Counted from the stretch's first letter, positions 9,834-21,069 are shown. The stretch: DNA of 64,000 nt from an uncultured Alphaproteobacteria bacterium (GCA_944389555.1 CALXMU010000001.1:68676-132675); one strand, 5' to 3'. Notes: generated by a model not told the origin, from the sequence alone. Made by a program: numbers and translations.

Positions 9834-12800
9834 ATGGCATACCCAAAAACAGACCCAAAGGCTAATTTCCCAGAACTGGAACATCAGGTCTTGGAATTCT
9901 GGCGTAAAGACGATACGTTTCATAAATCTTTACAAAAGACTAAATTAGGACATCCTTTTTCGTTCTATGACGGACCACCGTTTGGTAACGGTTTACCTCA
10001 CTGGGGTCATTTGGGGGTTTCCGCAATTAAAGATATGGTTGGACGCTACCAAACCATGCGCGGAAAGCATGTTGTTCGTGAATTGGGTTGGGATTGCCAT
10101 GGGCTGCCTGCTGAAAACTCGGTTGAAAAGAGGCAAGGTAAACAGGCTAAAGATATCGTGGCAGAGCAGGGCATTGACGCATTCTGTGATATGTGCCGCA
10201 CCGACGTTTTAACATATACAAAAGAATGGGAAAAATTTATTGAACGTATAGGACGTTGGGTCGACGTAGGTGACGGGTATGGTTATAAAACCATGGATAA
10301 AAATTACATGGAATCCATGTTGTGGACTCTGAAATCTTTATATGAAAAAGGGTTATTATATAAAGATTATAGCGTTAATCCTTTTGACTGGGTAAACGGA
10401 ACTGTCGTTTCTAATTCAGAGGCCTCCCAAGATTATCGTGATGTTGTTGACGATGCCGTAACAGTTTGGTTTGAATTAGAAAACGGTGACCGCGTATTAG
10501 CTTGGACCACAACGCCTTGGACCTTACCTGCTAACAGTGCATTGGCAGTAAACCCAAACATGAAATATCTGCGAATGAAGGATGCTGACGGCGCCGTTTA
10601 TATTATCGCAGCCACACGCTTAAAGGCATACGAAAAACAATTTGCAGACGCTGAAAAAATCGGCGAAGTAAGCGGTAAAGATTTAGCCGGTATGCACTAT
10701 AAACCTCTATTTAATTATTATGAAAATACATCTGACTTATTATACCAAGTAATCCCGGCAGAATATGTTTCAGATGAAGATGGTACTGGCATCGTTCATA
10801 TTGCACCTGCATACGGCGCTGATGACTTTTGGGCCGCAAAAAACATAGACCAAAAGTTCCCAGTTCTTTTAAACGTTGATAACTATGGCAATTTTACCAG
10901 TGACGTTACAGACTGGGCGGGTGAAAATATTTTTGAAGCAAACCCAAAAATAATTCAACATTTACGTGATAATGGTCATTTGATAAAAAAAGAACAATAT
11001 AAGCACAGTTATCCGTATAGCGACCGCAGTAAAGAAAAGTTAATCTATCGTGCGACAGATTCTTGGTATATTAATGTACCAAAAATTCGCGATATGTTAA
11101 TTGCTAATAACAAAAAAGTAAATTGGACATCTGCTGGTGAACGTTTCCGTACTTGGATTGAAGGCGCACGCCCTTGGTCAATTTCCAGAAACCGTTTCTG
11201 GGGTACTCCTCTGCCTATATGGGAAAAAGATGGCGAATATAAAGTATTTGGTTCTATCAAAGAACTTGAAGATTTCTTTGGGGTAAAGGTTGAAGACCTA
11301 CATAGACCAACATTAGATAAACTTACTAAAAACGGCTGGCATCGTATAACAGATGTTTTAGATTGTTGGGTTGAATCTGGTTCTATGCCTTGGGCATCTT
11401 TACACTACCCATTTGAAAACAAAGATAAATTTGAAGCCACTTTCCCGGCAGATTATATCATTGAAGGACAAGATCAAACACGTGGCTGGTTCTATTCTTT
11501 AATGGTTCTAGCAACAGCTTTGTTTAACAAACCTGCCTTTAAGACAGTTTCTGCAAATGGTATGGTGGTTGATGAAAATAAAAAGAAATTTTCTAAATCA
11601 TTAAAGAATTTCGTTAATCCAGAAGAACAAATTGAACAATTTGGTGCAGACGCAATTCGCTTGTTTATTCAAGGTTCTAACTTTATGAAGGCAGAACCTG
11701 TTCCCGTTGATAAAGAAGGTAAAGTTTTCACAGAACCCACAAAGACAATTCTGACCCCTTTGTGGAACGCGTATCACTTCTTTACTTTATATGCAAACGC
11801 AGGGAACATAACCGCACGCGATACTGTTGTTTCTAAAAACTCATTGGATAAATATATTATCGCGGAATTAAATGAACTGATATCAGTTGTCGGTAATGCT
11901 TTGGATGAATATAAACCAGATGCTGCTATCAAAGAATTCATACGTTTCTTAGATATATTAAACAACTGGTACATTCGTCGCAGCCGCGAACGTTTCTGGG
12001 ACGAAGATCAAGATGCCTTTGATACTTTGTACTATGTTCTAACAAATATATGTCGTACATTGGCACCGTTTGCACCTTTTATAAGTGATTATATTTATAG
12101 AAACCTAACCGGTGCAGAAAGCGTACATTTGCAATCTTTCCCAGACGCCCAAGAATATGACCATAAAATTGTAGAAGACATGCGTCGTGTACAATTAATC
12201 GTATCTGTTGGTAAGCAACTGCGTGAACAATACAAATTAAGAAATCGTCTGCCTCTTGCAAAAATGACTGTTGCCGGAACAGACTTAACAGAATATGCAA
12301 ACATAATTCGTGATGAATTAAATGTTAAAAGCATAGAATTTACAAATGATATATCTGCAGTTGCAGATTCTTTCGTGTATCTAATTACACCTAAAATTGG
12401 TGCACGCTTAGGTGGGGCTTTAAAAGAAATCATACCAGCCGTGAAACAGGGAAACTATGAAATATCTGATGATAAATTAAACGTTGCTTCTTATTCTTTA
12501 AACTCTGATGAATTTGAAAAACGTTTAACAATAAAAGAGGGTATAACAGGTGCTGCGCTACCAGACAATACGGCTGTAGTAGTTTTGAACACAGAAATAA
12601 ATTCTGAACTTGTTGCAGAAGGTCTTGCCAACGATGCATTACGTTTTATTCAAGACACAAGAAAAACTATCGGATTAGACGTATCTGATCGTATAAATAT
12701 GGAATACAGTGCCGACCCTGCTTTAGCAAATGCGATTGAACAGCACCGCAACCGTATTATGAATGAAGCACTTATAAAAAATCTATCACAAAGTGTTTCA

Positions 12801-12860
12801 GGTGATTATAATACAGAAATAGAAGGGTATAAATTGGCCATATCTATTACAAAAGCATAA
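9834..12860 (+). CDS. ileS: Isoleucyl-tRNA synthetase, eukaryote-like type 2 form
   Basis: 1008 aa; HWGHLG (HIGH) motif, KFSKS motif, long editing domain; it lacks the C-terminal zinc finger, as in the Rickettsia-type IleRS2. Confidence 0.95.
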   Translation: MAYPKTDPKANFPELEHQVLEFWRKDDTFHKSLQKTKLGHPFSFYDGPPFGNGLPHWGHLGVSAIKDMVGRYQTMRGKHVVRELGWDCHGLPAENSVEKRQGKQAKDIVAEQGIDAFCDMCRTDVLTYTKEWEKFIERIGRWVDVGDGYGYKTMDKNYMESMLWTLKSLYEKGLLYKDYSVNPFDWVNGTVVSNSEASQDYRDVVDDAVTVWFELENGDRVLAWTTTPWTLPANSALAVNPNMKYLRMKDADGAVYIIAATRLKAYEKQFADAEKIGEVSGKDLAGMHYKPLFNYYENTSDLLYQVIPAEYVSDEDGTGIVHIAPAYGADDFWAAKNIDQKFPVLLNVDNYGNFTSDVTDWAGENIFEANPKIIQHLRDNGHLIKKEQYKHSYPYSDRSKEKLIYRATDSWYINVPKIRDMLIANNKKVNWTSAGERFRTWIEGARPWSISRNRFWGTPLPIWEKDGEYKVFGSIKELEDFFGVKVEDLHRPTLDKLTKNGWHRITDVLDCWVESGSMPWASLHYPFENKDKFEATFPADYIIEGQDQTRGWFYSLMVLATALFNKPAFKTVSANGMVVDENKKKFSKSLKNFVNPEEQIEQFGADAIRLFIQGSNFMKAEPVPVDKEGKVFTEPTKTILTPLWNAYHFFTLYANAGNITARDTVVSKNSLDKYIIAELNELISVVGNALDEYKPDAAIKEFIRFLDILNNWYIRRSRERFWDEDQDAFDTLYYVLTNICRTLAPFAPFISDYIYRNLTGAESVHLQSFPDAQEYDHKIVEDMRRVQLIVSVGKQLREQYKLRNRLPLAKMTVAGTDLTEYANIIRDELNVKSIEFTNDISAVADSFVYLITPKIGARLGGALKEIIPAVKQGNYEISDDKLNVASYSLNSDEFEKRLTIKEGITGAALPDNTAVVVLNTEINSELVAEGLANDALRFIQDTRKTIGLDVSDRINMEYSADPALANAIEQHRNRIMNEALIKNLSQSVSGDYNTEIEGYKLAISITKA

Positions 12861-12877
12861 AAATAAAGGAGATTATT

Positions 12878-13255
12878 ATGCGTAAATTTATAACTTGGTG
12901 TACATGGGTTATATGTATAGCAGTTGTATTTTGTGCAGGTTTTTATATCGGTACATTAGATACACACGCGAATAAAATAAAAGTATCGTCACAGTGCGCT
13001 GGTATCGGAGTAGAAAAAACATTTTCTGCTAATTACGAACGCGTCGGGGACGAAGTTATAAAAGACGAAAAAACAAATGTCGAAAAATATACGACAAGAT
13101 GTTTATGTTTTGCTTCTAACGCTGACCATAAAGACATTTGGGTAGACACAGTAGAAATATCTGGTGATTCGGAAGAATCTGTACGTGATACTTGTAACGC
13201 AGATTGTCAAAAAATTTGTGAAACTAGATTAGAAAACTTTACATTTCTAGAATAA
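12878..13255 (+). CDS. Hypothetical membrane-anchored Cys-rich protein
   Basis: Single N-terminal TM helix, then a soluble domain with 7 Cys; good RBS (AAGGAG). Confidence 0.45.
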   Translation: MRKFITWCTWVICIAVVFCAGFYIGTLDTHANKIKVSSQCAGIGVEKTFSANYERVGDEVIKDEKTNVEKYTTRCLCFASNADHKDIWVDTVEISGDSEESVRDTCNADCQKICETRLENFTFLE

Positions 13256-13256
13256 A

Positions 13257-13919
13257 ATGGCTTTGACACCCGACGTATATTTTAAGTACGTTCCTAGCGT
13301 AATTGATATGAGTATACGCAGCGAACTGTATCATACCAATGAATTTACTTTTGCCGTAGCGGTTATTTTATCTGCTCAGGCGACAGATAAAAAAGTAAAT
13401 GAAGTAACCCCAGAATTATTTCGCATTGCCGCGTCACCGGCACAGATGTTAGCGTTGGGCGAAGACGAATTAAAAAAACATATACGCGTTTTATCTTTCT
13501 TCAATAATAAAGCTAAAAGTATAATCGGTCTTTCTGCGGCTTTAATGGACGAAGAAAATAATTCTGACGCCAACTATAAATTCCCGATAAAATATCATAA
13601 TCGCGATGCTTTGATGAAGTTACCGGGAATAGGGCAGAAAACGGCAAACGTTATAATGAACGTCTTATGGAACGCACCAAATATAGGTGTTGACACACAT
13701 GTATTTCGTAATTCTCATCGTTATGGGTGGGTTGGCGCAGATGCAAATACACCTGAAAAAGTTGAAGAGCAATTATTAAAAATAATTCCTAAAAAATATC
13801 ACCTAATCGTAAACCATGTCATGGTTTTACATGGAAGGTATATTTGTAAAGCTTTACGCCCGCAATGCGATAAATGCCCAGTTGCAAAATGGTGTAACGC
13901 GTCAGACAGAACCATATAA
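13257..13919 (+). CDS. nth: Endonuclease III (HhH-GPD DNA glycosylase/AP lyase with 4Fe-4S cluster)
   Basis: HhH motif LPGIGQKTANVI, catalytic region, C-terminal C-x6-C-x2-C-x5-C cluster loop. Confidence 0.9.
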   Translation: MALTPDVYFKYVPSVIDMSIRSELYHTNEFTFAVAVILSAQATDKKVNEVTPELFRIAASPAQMLALGEDELKKHIRVLSFFNNKAKSIIGLSAALMDEENNSDANYKFPIKYHNRDALMKLPGIGQKTANVIMNVLWNAPNIGVDTHVFRNSHRYGWVGADANTPEKVEEQLLKIIPKKYHLIVNHVMVLHGRYICKALRPQCDKCPVAKWCNASDRTI

Positions 13920-13920
13920 A

Positions 13921-13947
13921 AAAGCCGGTTTTTACCGGCTTTTTTTA
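13921..13947. terminator. Bidirectional terminator between nth (+) and pheT (-)
   Basis: aaagccggt-ttttt-accggcttttttt. Confidence 0.75.
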
Positions 13948-16248
13948 TTTGTCGCGTATTTTCGCGTTACACTTTTTCTCAACATTCACTATAACCGCAT
14001 TCTGCAATTTCAGCAAATCATCATCAGACATATTTTCTGTCGGTGTAATCGTTATAGTAAACGCGATTGATTTCTTACCGTCACCCATATCAAACGCATC
14101 AAAAACTGTGGTGTCTGTAATATGAGAATCGGTTGAAGCAGCAGAAGAAACCAATTTTTCCGCCGGGAAATCTGCATCTACTATAAACGCGAAATCACGT
14201 GTAATCGGTTGAAAATCGCTGATTACTGGTTCCTTACATTTTTTTGACGTTGGTAAATTTTCTACATCATCTATTATTGCTATCATTACAGGCGTTTTTA
14301 TTTTCAAAGTCTTTGCAACAGATGGATGTAATTCTCCAAATTCCGCTATTTTCTTTTTACCCTGACAAACTGCACCATATCTAAACGGATGTGCCCAAAG
14401 TGGCGCATTTTCAGCGTTTACCGTAAATTTTTGACCATGCATCAATGCAACTATGTCCGACTTTACATCATATATATCACGTACTCGATTTCTATGCATC
14501 CAATGCTTTGGTGACGTATTTCCTGTGCGGGCTATACATATTTGAGTGTGCTGCTGTCCCGGCATATCGCCATCAAAAACAGTACTTAATTCAAACATAT
14601 CTAAATCGGAATAACCACGTTTTTCATTTTCAGAAATAAAACTTAACATGGTACCAAGCAAACTATTTCTTGCCGTATCCATATTATTTATAATCGGATT
14701 TGATATTTTTATTATTGGTTTGTCTGATAAAATAGATTCTATTTTTGAATCGCCGAAACCATAAGATTTCGCTTCATTTAATCCGCGTGCCGCCAACTCT
14801 TTTTTTAACTCTATATAAAAATCTTTGTGCGGTGCCGAATCAGATGCCTGATGTTTGGCAACTTTTGCAATGTTTTCATATCCGTATATTCTTACCAACT
14901 CTGATACAATATTTTCGGGTATTTCAATATCTACACGCGAAGACGTCGGTATTATTATCCAATCTTCTTCTTTACCAGAAACATTGAAACCTAATTTTTC
15001 TAATATTTCACGTTGCTTATTCGCCGGAATGTCTATTCCCGTCTTACGCAAAAACAACTTAGGCGAATATTTTATTTTTCGCGTTTCTTCAGGTATTTCA
15101 CCACCGATACCAGTTCCTACTATTTTCCCACCACATACTTCCATTATAATTTTTGCGGCTTTTGCCAACGCATAACCCGTAATCGTCGGATCTATACCTC
15201 GTTCATATCTATATGAAGAATCCGTAGAAACCCCTATACGTTTTGACGTCTTACGAACAGAAACCGAATTAAAATAAGCACTTTCTAAAATTATATTCTT
15301 CGTGTTATCTGTAGTCATACCGCGCGCGCCACCTATTACACCGGCCAACGCAAGTATTCCTTTTTCATCCGCAATTACAATATCCGTATCCAAAAGTTCA
15401 TGTTCATTACCGAATAAATCTGTGAACTTTTCACCATTCTTGGCGTTGCGAACTGTTATGTCGCCCTTTATTTCATCAGCGTCAAAACAATGCATAGGTT
15501 GCGCCATATCATAACAAATATAGTTTGTTGTATCTATTGGTGCGTTTTTAGGATTTATACCAATTGCCGTAAGACGCGATTTTATAACGCTTGAACTTGG
15601 TGCAATATTTATATCGTGTATTTCACAAAACTGATAAACAGGGCATTTATCTGTTTCTATTTTTACTTTTCTTTCGCCTTTAACTTGTTTTAAAACTTCG
15701 TCTTTTTCTGTAACATATTCCCCTAAACCCGCCGCAGATAAATCACGTGCAATTCCTCGTACGGCTAAATAATCCGGACGATTTGGTGTAATTCCGGCAT
15801 CAAAAACGGTTTCCATATTTGTCACGGGCGTGCCTATTTCAGTATTTTCTGGCAACTCAATTATTCCGCTATGATCATCGTTTATTCCCAATTCACGACC
15901 GCTACACATCATACCGTCAGATAATACACCGCGTAACTTACCGCTTTGAATTTCATGACCTTCTATCACGCAACCAGGTTTTGCCAACGCAGATATTAAA
16001 CCGACCCGTGCATTAGGAGCACCACATACAACTTGACGCAAATTCCCGCTGCCGTCATCTACTTTTAATACGTGTAAATGATCGCTGTTTTCATGTGGTA
16101 CGCATTCGACAATCTTTGCGGCCACAGGTGCAATAGGTTCAATTAAGTCTTCTACCTCAAGCCCGATACGCGTCAAAGTATCTGCCACATGAGACGCATC
16201 AGCATCCGTTCTTAAATAATCTTTTAACCAATCATAAGTCCATTTCAT
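13945..16248 (-). CDS. pheT: Phenylalanyl-tRNA synthetase beta subunit
   Basis: 767 aa; N-terminal tRNA-binding domain, B3/B4 and B5 domains, and directly downstream of pheS. Confidence 0.95.
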   Translation of the reverse strand: MKWTYDWLKDYLRTDADASHVADTLTRIGLEVEDLIEPIAPVAAKIVECVPHENSDHLHVLKVDDGSGNLRQVVCGAPNARVGLISALAKPGCVIEGHEIQSGKLRGVLSDGMMCSGRELGINDDHSGIIELPENTEIGTPVTNMETVFDAGITPNRPDYLAVRGIARDLSAAGLGEYVTEKDEVLKQVKGERKVKIETDKCPVYQFCEIHDINIAPSSSVIKSRLTAIGINPKNAPIDTTNYICYDMAQPMHCFDADEIKGDITVRNAKNGEKFTDLFGNEHELLDTDIVIADEKGILALAGVIGGARGMTTDNTKNIILESAYFNSVSVRKTSKRIGVSTDSSYRYERGIDPTITGYALAKAAKIIMEVCGGKIVGTGIGGEIPEETRKIKYSPKLFLRKTGIDIPANKQREILEKLGFNVSGKEEDWIIIPTSSRVDIEIPENIVSELVRIYGYENIAKVAKHQASDSAPHKDFYIELKKELAARGLNEAKSYGFGDSKIESILSDKPIIKISNPIINNMDTARNSLLGTMLSFISENEKRGYSDLDMFELSTVFDGDMPGQQHTQICIARTGNTSPKHWMHRNRVRDIYDVKSDIVALMHGQKFTVNAENAPLWAHPFRYGAVCQGKKKIAEFGELHPSVAKTLKIKTPVMIAIIDDVENLPTSKKCKEPVISDFQPITRDFAFIVDADFPAEKLVSSAASTDSHITDTTVFDAFDMGDGKKSIAFTITITPTENMSDDDLLKLQNAVIVNVEKKCNAKIRDK

Positions 16249-16266
16249 TTTACGCCTCGTTATATT

Positions 16267-17214
16267 TTAGAAACCGGCACTTTTTAACCAACGGATATCA
16301 CCGTCATAAAGTTTTCTTAAATCGTTTAACCCATACTTTAACATCGCAAGTCTGTCCCAACCAAAACCGAAAGCAAATCCTTGATATTCGTCTGGGTTAA
16401 TACCGCAATTACGCAGAACGTTCGGATGAACCATACCAGCCCCCATCAATTCCAACCATTTATCACCATGCCACTTCATATCTATTTCTATACTTGGTTC
16501 CGTAAAAGGAAAGTATGATGGTCGAATACGCAATTCAACTTTATCCATTTCAAAGAATCTTTTTAAAAATTCTTGAACGTCACCAATTAAATCAGACATC
16601 GTAACATCTTTATCTATATACAAACCTTCTATTTGATGGAACATCGGTCCATGCGTTGCATCCATTTCTTTACGATACGTGGCACCGATACCGAACATTT
16701 TTATCGGTGCACCAACTTTTTCCATACTACGTATCTGTATGGCAGACGTCTGAGTACGCATTACATTGCCGTTATCCAAAAAGAACGTATCTTGCATATC
16801 ACGAGCAGGATGATATTCCGGTGTGTTTAGTGCAGTAAAGTTATGCCAATCATCTTCAATCTCTGGTCCAGTCCACATTTCATAACCAAAAGATTCCAAT
16901 ATACCCGCAATATCCACTAAAGAACGCGTTATAGGATGCAAGGTTCCCACATTTTCCGGTTCCCCGTTCAAAGATACATCTAATTTTTGCTTTTGCAGGC
17001 CTGCCATCAAAACAGCGTTTTCTATTTCTAATTGACGAGTTTTAAACAATTCGCGTAATTCAGCGTTTTCACGGTTTAACGCCGCCCTTGCATCATTATC
17101 AAGATTTTTCATCTCTTTTAATCGTGCGGTCATCGTACCATTTTTACCGAACGTTGCCGTATACAACGCCTGTAATTCTTCAAGAGTATTTATGTTTTTT
17201 ATCTGTTCTTGCAT
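16267..17214 (-). CDS. pheS: Phenylalanyl-tRNA synthetase alpha subunit
   Basis: Class II motifs (RPSYFPFTEPS, GFAFGFGWDRLAML). Confidence 0.95.
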   Translation of the reverse strand: MQEQIKNINTLEELQALYTATFGKNGTMTARLKEMKNLDNDARAALNRENAELRELFKTRQLEIENAVLMAGLQKQKLDVSLNGEPENVGTLHPITRSLVDIAGILESFGYEMWTGPEIEDDWHNFTALNTPEYHPARDMQDTFFLDNGNVMRTQTSAIQIRSMEKVGAPIKMFGIGATYRKEMDATHGPMFHQIEGLYIDKDVTMSDLIGDVQEFLKRFFEMDKVELRIRPSYFPFTEPSIEIDMKWHGDKWLELMGAGMVHPNVLRNCGINPDEYQGFAFGFGWDRLAMLKYGLNDLRKLYDGDIRWLKSAGF

Positions 17215-17239
17215 GACTTTTACCTTAAATTAAAACAAA

Positions 17240-17262
17240 AAGCCGTCATAAGACGGCTTTAT
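17240..17262 (-). terminator. Hairpin + U-run between rplT and pheS (minus strand): terminator or pheST attenuator
   Basis: aagccgtcttatgacggctttttgtttt when read on the minus strand. Confidence 0.6.
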
Positions 17263-17292
17263 AATACAAAATAAATCACCTACCGCCAAGGC

Positions 17293-17661
17293 TTATTTAG
17301 CATCAGCAGAAGTAAATCGTTTTGCAGTTTCAACCAATTTAGCGAAGTTTGCATCACCAGCATAGGCCATTTCAGCCAAAACTTTGCGATCCAATGCAAC
17401 ACCAGCCTTTTTCAGACCGTTCATAAACTGGCTGTATGTCATACCATTACTGCGAACAGCGGCATTGATACGAACAATCCACAAACCACGAAATTCACGT
17501 TTTTTAACGCGACGATCGCGATATGCATACTGTCCCGCTTTTTCTGTTTTTTCACGTGCAGCACGATATGTCGTGCTATGACGCCCCAAATAACCTTTGG
17601 CACGTGCTAATATTTTATTATGCTTTTGTTTTACGGTGGTTCCGCGTTTAACTCTTGCCAT
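17293..17661 (-). CDS. rplT: 50S ribosomal protein L20
   Basis: [18 protein letters not shown]... Confidence 0.95.
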   Translation of the reverse strand: MARVKRGTTVKQKHNKILARAKGYLGRHSTTYRAAREKTEKAGQYAYRDRRVKKREFRGLWIVRINAAVRSNGMTYSQFMNGLKKAGVALDRKVLAEMAYAGDANFAKLVETAKRFTSADAK

Positions 17662-17678
17662 AAATCTACCCCCTTAAA

Positions 17679-17882
17679 TTATTTCAAACCATATGGGGCC
17701 AAGATTTTTGCCTGACCGACCATGTTATCATTTAAGTACTGTGGTTTTGACCCAGCGTTATTTGCACGCTTAGATTTGTGACGCAACAGTTTCTTATGGG
17801 CGTTTCTGGCAACACGGATTTTACCGGTCGCTGTCATAGATGCGCGCTTTTTCAAGTACGACTTCGTTTTCAATTTTGGCAT
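17679..17882 (-). CDS. rpmI: 50S ribosomal protein L35
   Basis: MPKLKTKSYLKKR...; infC is not immediately upstream. Confidence 0.9.
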   Translation of the reverse strand: MPKLKTKSYLKKRASMTATGKIRVARNAHKKLLRHKSKRANNAGSKPQYLNDNMVGQAKILAPYGLK

Positions 17883-18022
17883 TTTTCACCTCTTTTAGTT
17901 CACCTGATGGCAATGCCATTGCCATTTCGGTCTTATATAACACGGGCTATATTTTGGCATAATTAAATGAAAAATCAAGTTTTTATTGAATATCTGTATT
18001 TTAGCGTCTAAACTTATCCCCG

Positions 18023-18844
18023 ATGAACCAGAATAAAATATCTTCACGGTTACGTACAATCATAAAATCTGCCTGTGCAGCGGCAGTTTTACCGGTACTT
18101 TTTATATACATAATGATTGCAAAACCAGATTATACCATTATGAACGGTCTGGCTCATATCGTTTTACCGGTCGCAAACTGGGTTGGTGACGTCATCACTT
18201 GGCCTGTACGTGCCGTCGGTTCGACAATAGATAATATTCGTGAACTATCAAAATTACGTACAGAAAACGAGGAATTACGCGTTCGTTTAGATGACGCTTT
18301 GCGGAATAAGAATTTATGTGAAGTCGCAATGGCGGAAAATCAAAAACTATCTCGTGAACTTGATATCGTCCAAAACCAACCCAAAGATTCTGTTGTTGCA
18401 GATGTTACATACGATAATACAGCTTTTCACCACAGTACTTTTTTAATAAACAAAGGTGTAAAAAACGGTTTATCTGAAGGTATGGTCGTCGTATCTTCTG
18501 AAGGTATGTTGGTTGGTATAATAACTGATGTCGCACCATATTTTTCTCGTGTACGGTCTTTAATAGACTCTAATACAAATATTGCGGTACGCATTGCTGG
18601 GTCAGAAGTCTATGGTTTCCTACAAGGTAACGGTTCTGCAACACCAACTATGGGATTTTTTAGCGACCCTGAATTTCAACCTTCTGAAGGAATAAAATTA
18701 GTAACAAGTAATATAAGCGGTGTCTTACCAAATGGTATTTTAGTCGGCGAGATGATGAATGATACAGATGTTAAAGTTACGCAACCGAAAACATTGTCCC
18801 GCGTAATCGTATTAAAATTTGATACGCAAAATGAATATAAATAA
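18023..18844 (+). CDS. mreC: Rod shape-determining protein MreC
   Basis: N-terminal TM helix, coiled coil, C-terminal beta domain; followed by mreD-mrdA-rodA. Confidence 0.8.
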   Translation: MNQNKISSRLRTIIKSACAAAVLPVLFIYIMIAKPDYTIMNGLAHIVLPVANWVGDVITWPVRAVGSTIDNIRELSKLRTENEELRVRLDDALRNKNLCEVAMAENQKLSRELDIVQNQPKDSVVADVTYDNTAFHHSTFLINKGVKNGLSEGMVVVSSEGMLVGIITDVAPYFSRVRSLIDSNTNIAVRIAGSEVYGFLQGNGSATPTMGFFSDPEFQPSEGIKLVTSNISGVLPNGILVGEMMNDTDVKVTQPKTLSRVIVLKFDTQNEYK

Positions 18845-19302
18845 TGAAAGAAAAAATTATAACTTTTTTACGTGATGCGTTCCCTTTCGTCGCCGTAATT
18901 CTTTTATGGCGTCTTTCTGTTGCGTTCTGGAATCCTGCTGGGATATTAGCAATTATTCCTATTTTTTATTGTTCTTTCGTTAAACCTGCACCTTGGTTCG
19001 CGCCTTTTGCAGTTTTATTTTGTTTTTTAATCGATTATCGCTTTGATACAACGTTTTATTGGACAATTATGTATTGCCTATTCTATGCAATAAATGGTTT
19101 CCAAAGCTTTTTTGACTTAACAAGAGTTGATAAAAACGCTGTAAATATATTTATGATATTTTTTGGTACATCAACATTTATATTATCTTTGTTTCATTTA
19201 AACTTTGATAATATTGTACGAGCAATATGGTTGTTTGCTTGGGTATCCACGCTTTACGTTCCGATAACATCTCTTATTAAAAAGGTATACGATGATAGAT
19301 AA
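18844..19302 (+). CDS. mreD: Rod shape-determining protein MreD (polytopic membrane protein)
   Basis: 152 aa with 4-5 TM segments, in the expected position and overlapping mreC/mrdA. Confidence 0.55.
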   Translation: MKEKIITFLRDAFPFVAVILLWRLSVAFWNPAGILAIIPIFYCSFVKPAPWFAPFAVLFCFLIDYRFDTTFYWTIMYCLFYAINGFQSFFDLTRVDKNAVNIFMIFFGTSTFILSLFHLNFDNIVRAIWLFAWVSTLYVPITSLIKKVYDDR

Positions 19303-21067
19303 AGAAGTTGCACGCCTTTTTGATAGACGAAGCGCATTATTTTTAACTGCCGGTGCAGTTTTAACGTCTGCTCTTGTACTCCGTATGCTACAAATGCAAT
19401 TATTTGACTATCGCGAATATACAAAAAAAAGCGAAAATAATTCTTTCAGAATACAGATAAATATGCCGGAAAGAGGAAAAATACTATCTGCTAGCGGTAC
19501 ACCTATATCAAGGGATACTCAAACATATAGAATTTATATAGTTCCAGAAGAAACTAAATATTTAGAAGACACGATTTCCACCGTAGCAAAAGAATTAAAA
19601 TTAAAACAAAAACGCGTGGATAAAATATACAAACAAATAAAAAAGCAAGCACCTTTCCAACCTGTTCTTATAAGTGAAAATTCAAATTGGGAAGAATTAG
19701 CTAAATTACAGGCAAAAAATATTCCTGGTCTTCACGTAAGAAATGGTTTTACTCGTGTATACGAAATGGGGCCCGCAGGTGCGCAAATATTCGGATATGT
19801 TGGTGCGCCAAGTGAACCTGTACCAAATGCCCCTTTTATGACGACTGGTATTACTGGACTTGAAAAAAGATATAACGAAAAGCTTACAGGGACACCCGGA
19901 CAAACTGTTATGATTACTAATGCAGTTGGTAGAGTTACAGGTGAAGATAAATCTCAATTCCGTTCAGCGATTACCGGGCAAAATTTACCGACCACAATAA
20001 ATGATGCAGCACAGCGCGCAATGTACGATGCATTGATGGAACATAGAGCAGGGTGCGGTGTAGCATTAGATATTGAAACAGGTGATATTTTAGCAATGGT
20101 ATCTACGCCAAGTTTTGACCCGAATATGTTTGGCGCAGATGACGGTGAAGAATATATAGATTCACTACGAAACGATTATATGAAACCTTTTATGAATAAA
20201 TCAATTGAAGGTTTATATCCACCTGGATCCACGTTCAAAATAGTTGTTGCGCTTGCTGCATTAGAATCTGGTGCAATAACAGCAAATGAAAAAATATTCT
20301 GTCCAGGTTACTGGGATTATGGAGACAGAAGATACCATTGCTGGGAAGAAGAAGGACATGGTTGGGTGAATTTAGCAGATGCCTTAAAGCATTCTTGCGA
20401 CATATATTTTTATCAATTGGCTTTGCGTATCGGTATAGACTCAATTAAAGAAATGGCTATTAAACTAGGGTTTACGCAAAAATATATGGACGGTATATTA
20501 TCCAGAGAAATGCCGGGCGTTATTCCAGATAGGTATTGGAAAGAAGAAGCAATTGGATATAAATGGGTGCACGGAGACACTATTATTTCTGGTATTGGGC
20601 AGGGTTTTACTTTAGCTAATTGTCTACAACTAGCAATCATGATGGCACGCACAGTATCTAATAAGGTCGTTATGCCACGTTTAATTTTAACAGATGAAAA
20701 ACCGCAATTTGCAAACCTTGGGTTACAGAAAAAAAATATAGCATCCGTTATGAAAGGTTTAGAACAAGTTACGAGAACTGGTGGTACAGCGGCAGGTAGC
20801 GCCATAAATATAAATGGGGCTCGTATGGCAGGTAAAACAGGTACATCTCAGGTACGAAGTATTTCAAGAGCGGAACGTGCAAGCGGCGTTTTAACAAACG
20901 AACAATTAAAGTGGAATATGCGTAATCATGGTTTATTCGTTGGTTATGCACCTACAAATAAGCCCAGATATGCTGTATGCGCAATAACAGAACACTCTGG
21001 TGGCAGCGGTCCCGCAGCAAGAACAGTTGCCGCAACAATGCGGGCTTTATTAAAAGAAAAGAAATAA
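19292..21067 (+). CDS. mrdA: Penicillin-binding protein 2 (elongasome transpeptidase)
   Basis: STFK, SGN and KTGT motifs (PPGSTFKIV; AGKTGTSQV). Confidence 0.9.
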   Translation: MIDKEVARLFDRRSALFLTAGAVLTSALVLRMLQMQLFDYREYTKKSENNSFRIQINMPERGKILSASGTPISRDTQTYRIYIVPEETKYLEDTISTVAKELKLKQKRVDKIYKQIKKQAPFQPVLISENSNWEELAKLQAKNIPGLHVRNGFTRVYEMGPAGAQIFGYVGAPSEPVPNAPFMTTGITGLEKRYNEKLTGTPGQTVMITNAVGRVTGEDKSQFRSAITGQNLPTTINDAAQRAMYDALMEHRAGCGVALDIETGDILAMVSTPSFDPNMFGADDGEEYIDSLRNDYMKPFMNKSIEGLYPPGSTFKIVVALAALESGAITANEKIFCPGYWDYGDRRYHCWEEEGHGWVNLADALKHSCDIYFYQLALRIGIDSIKEMAIKLGFTQKYMDGILSREMPGVIPDRYWKEEAIGYKWVHGDTIISGIGQGFTLANCLQLAIMMARTVSNKVVMPRLILTDEKPQFANLGLQKKNIASVMKGLEQVTRTGGTAAGSAININGARMAGKTGTSQVRSISRAERASGVLTNEQLKWNMRNHGLFVGYAPTNKPRYAVCAITEHSGGSGPAARTVAATMRALLKEKK

Positions 21068-21069
21068 CA

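Noticed and set aside
9652-9858. 68-aa minus-strand ORF
   Set aside because: Overlaps tRNA-Thr and the ileS promoter/RBS region; spurious.
20413-20805. 130-aa minus-strand ORF
   Set aside because: Antisense within mrdA.
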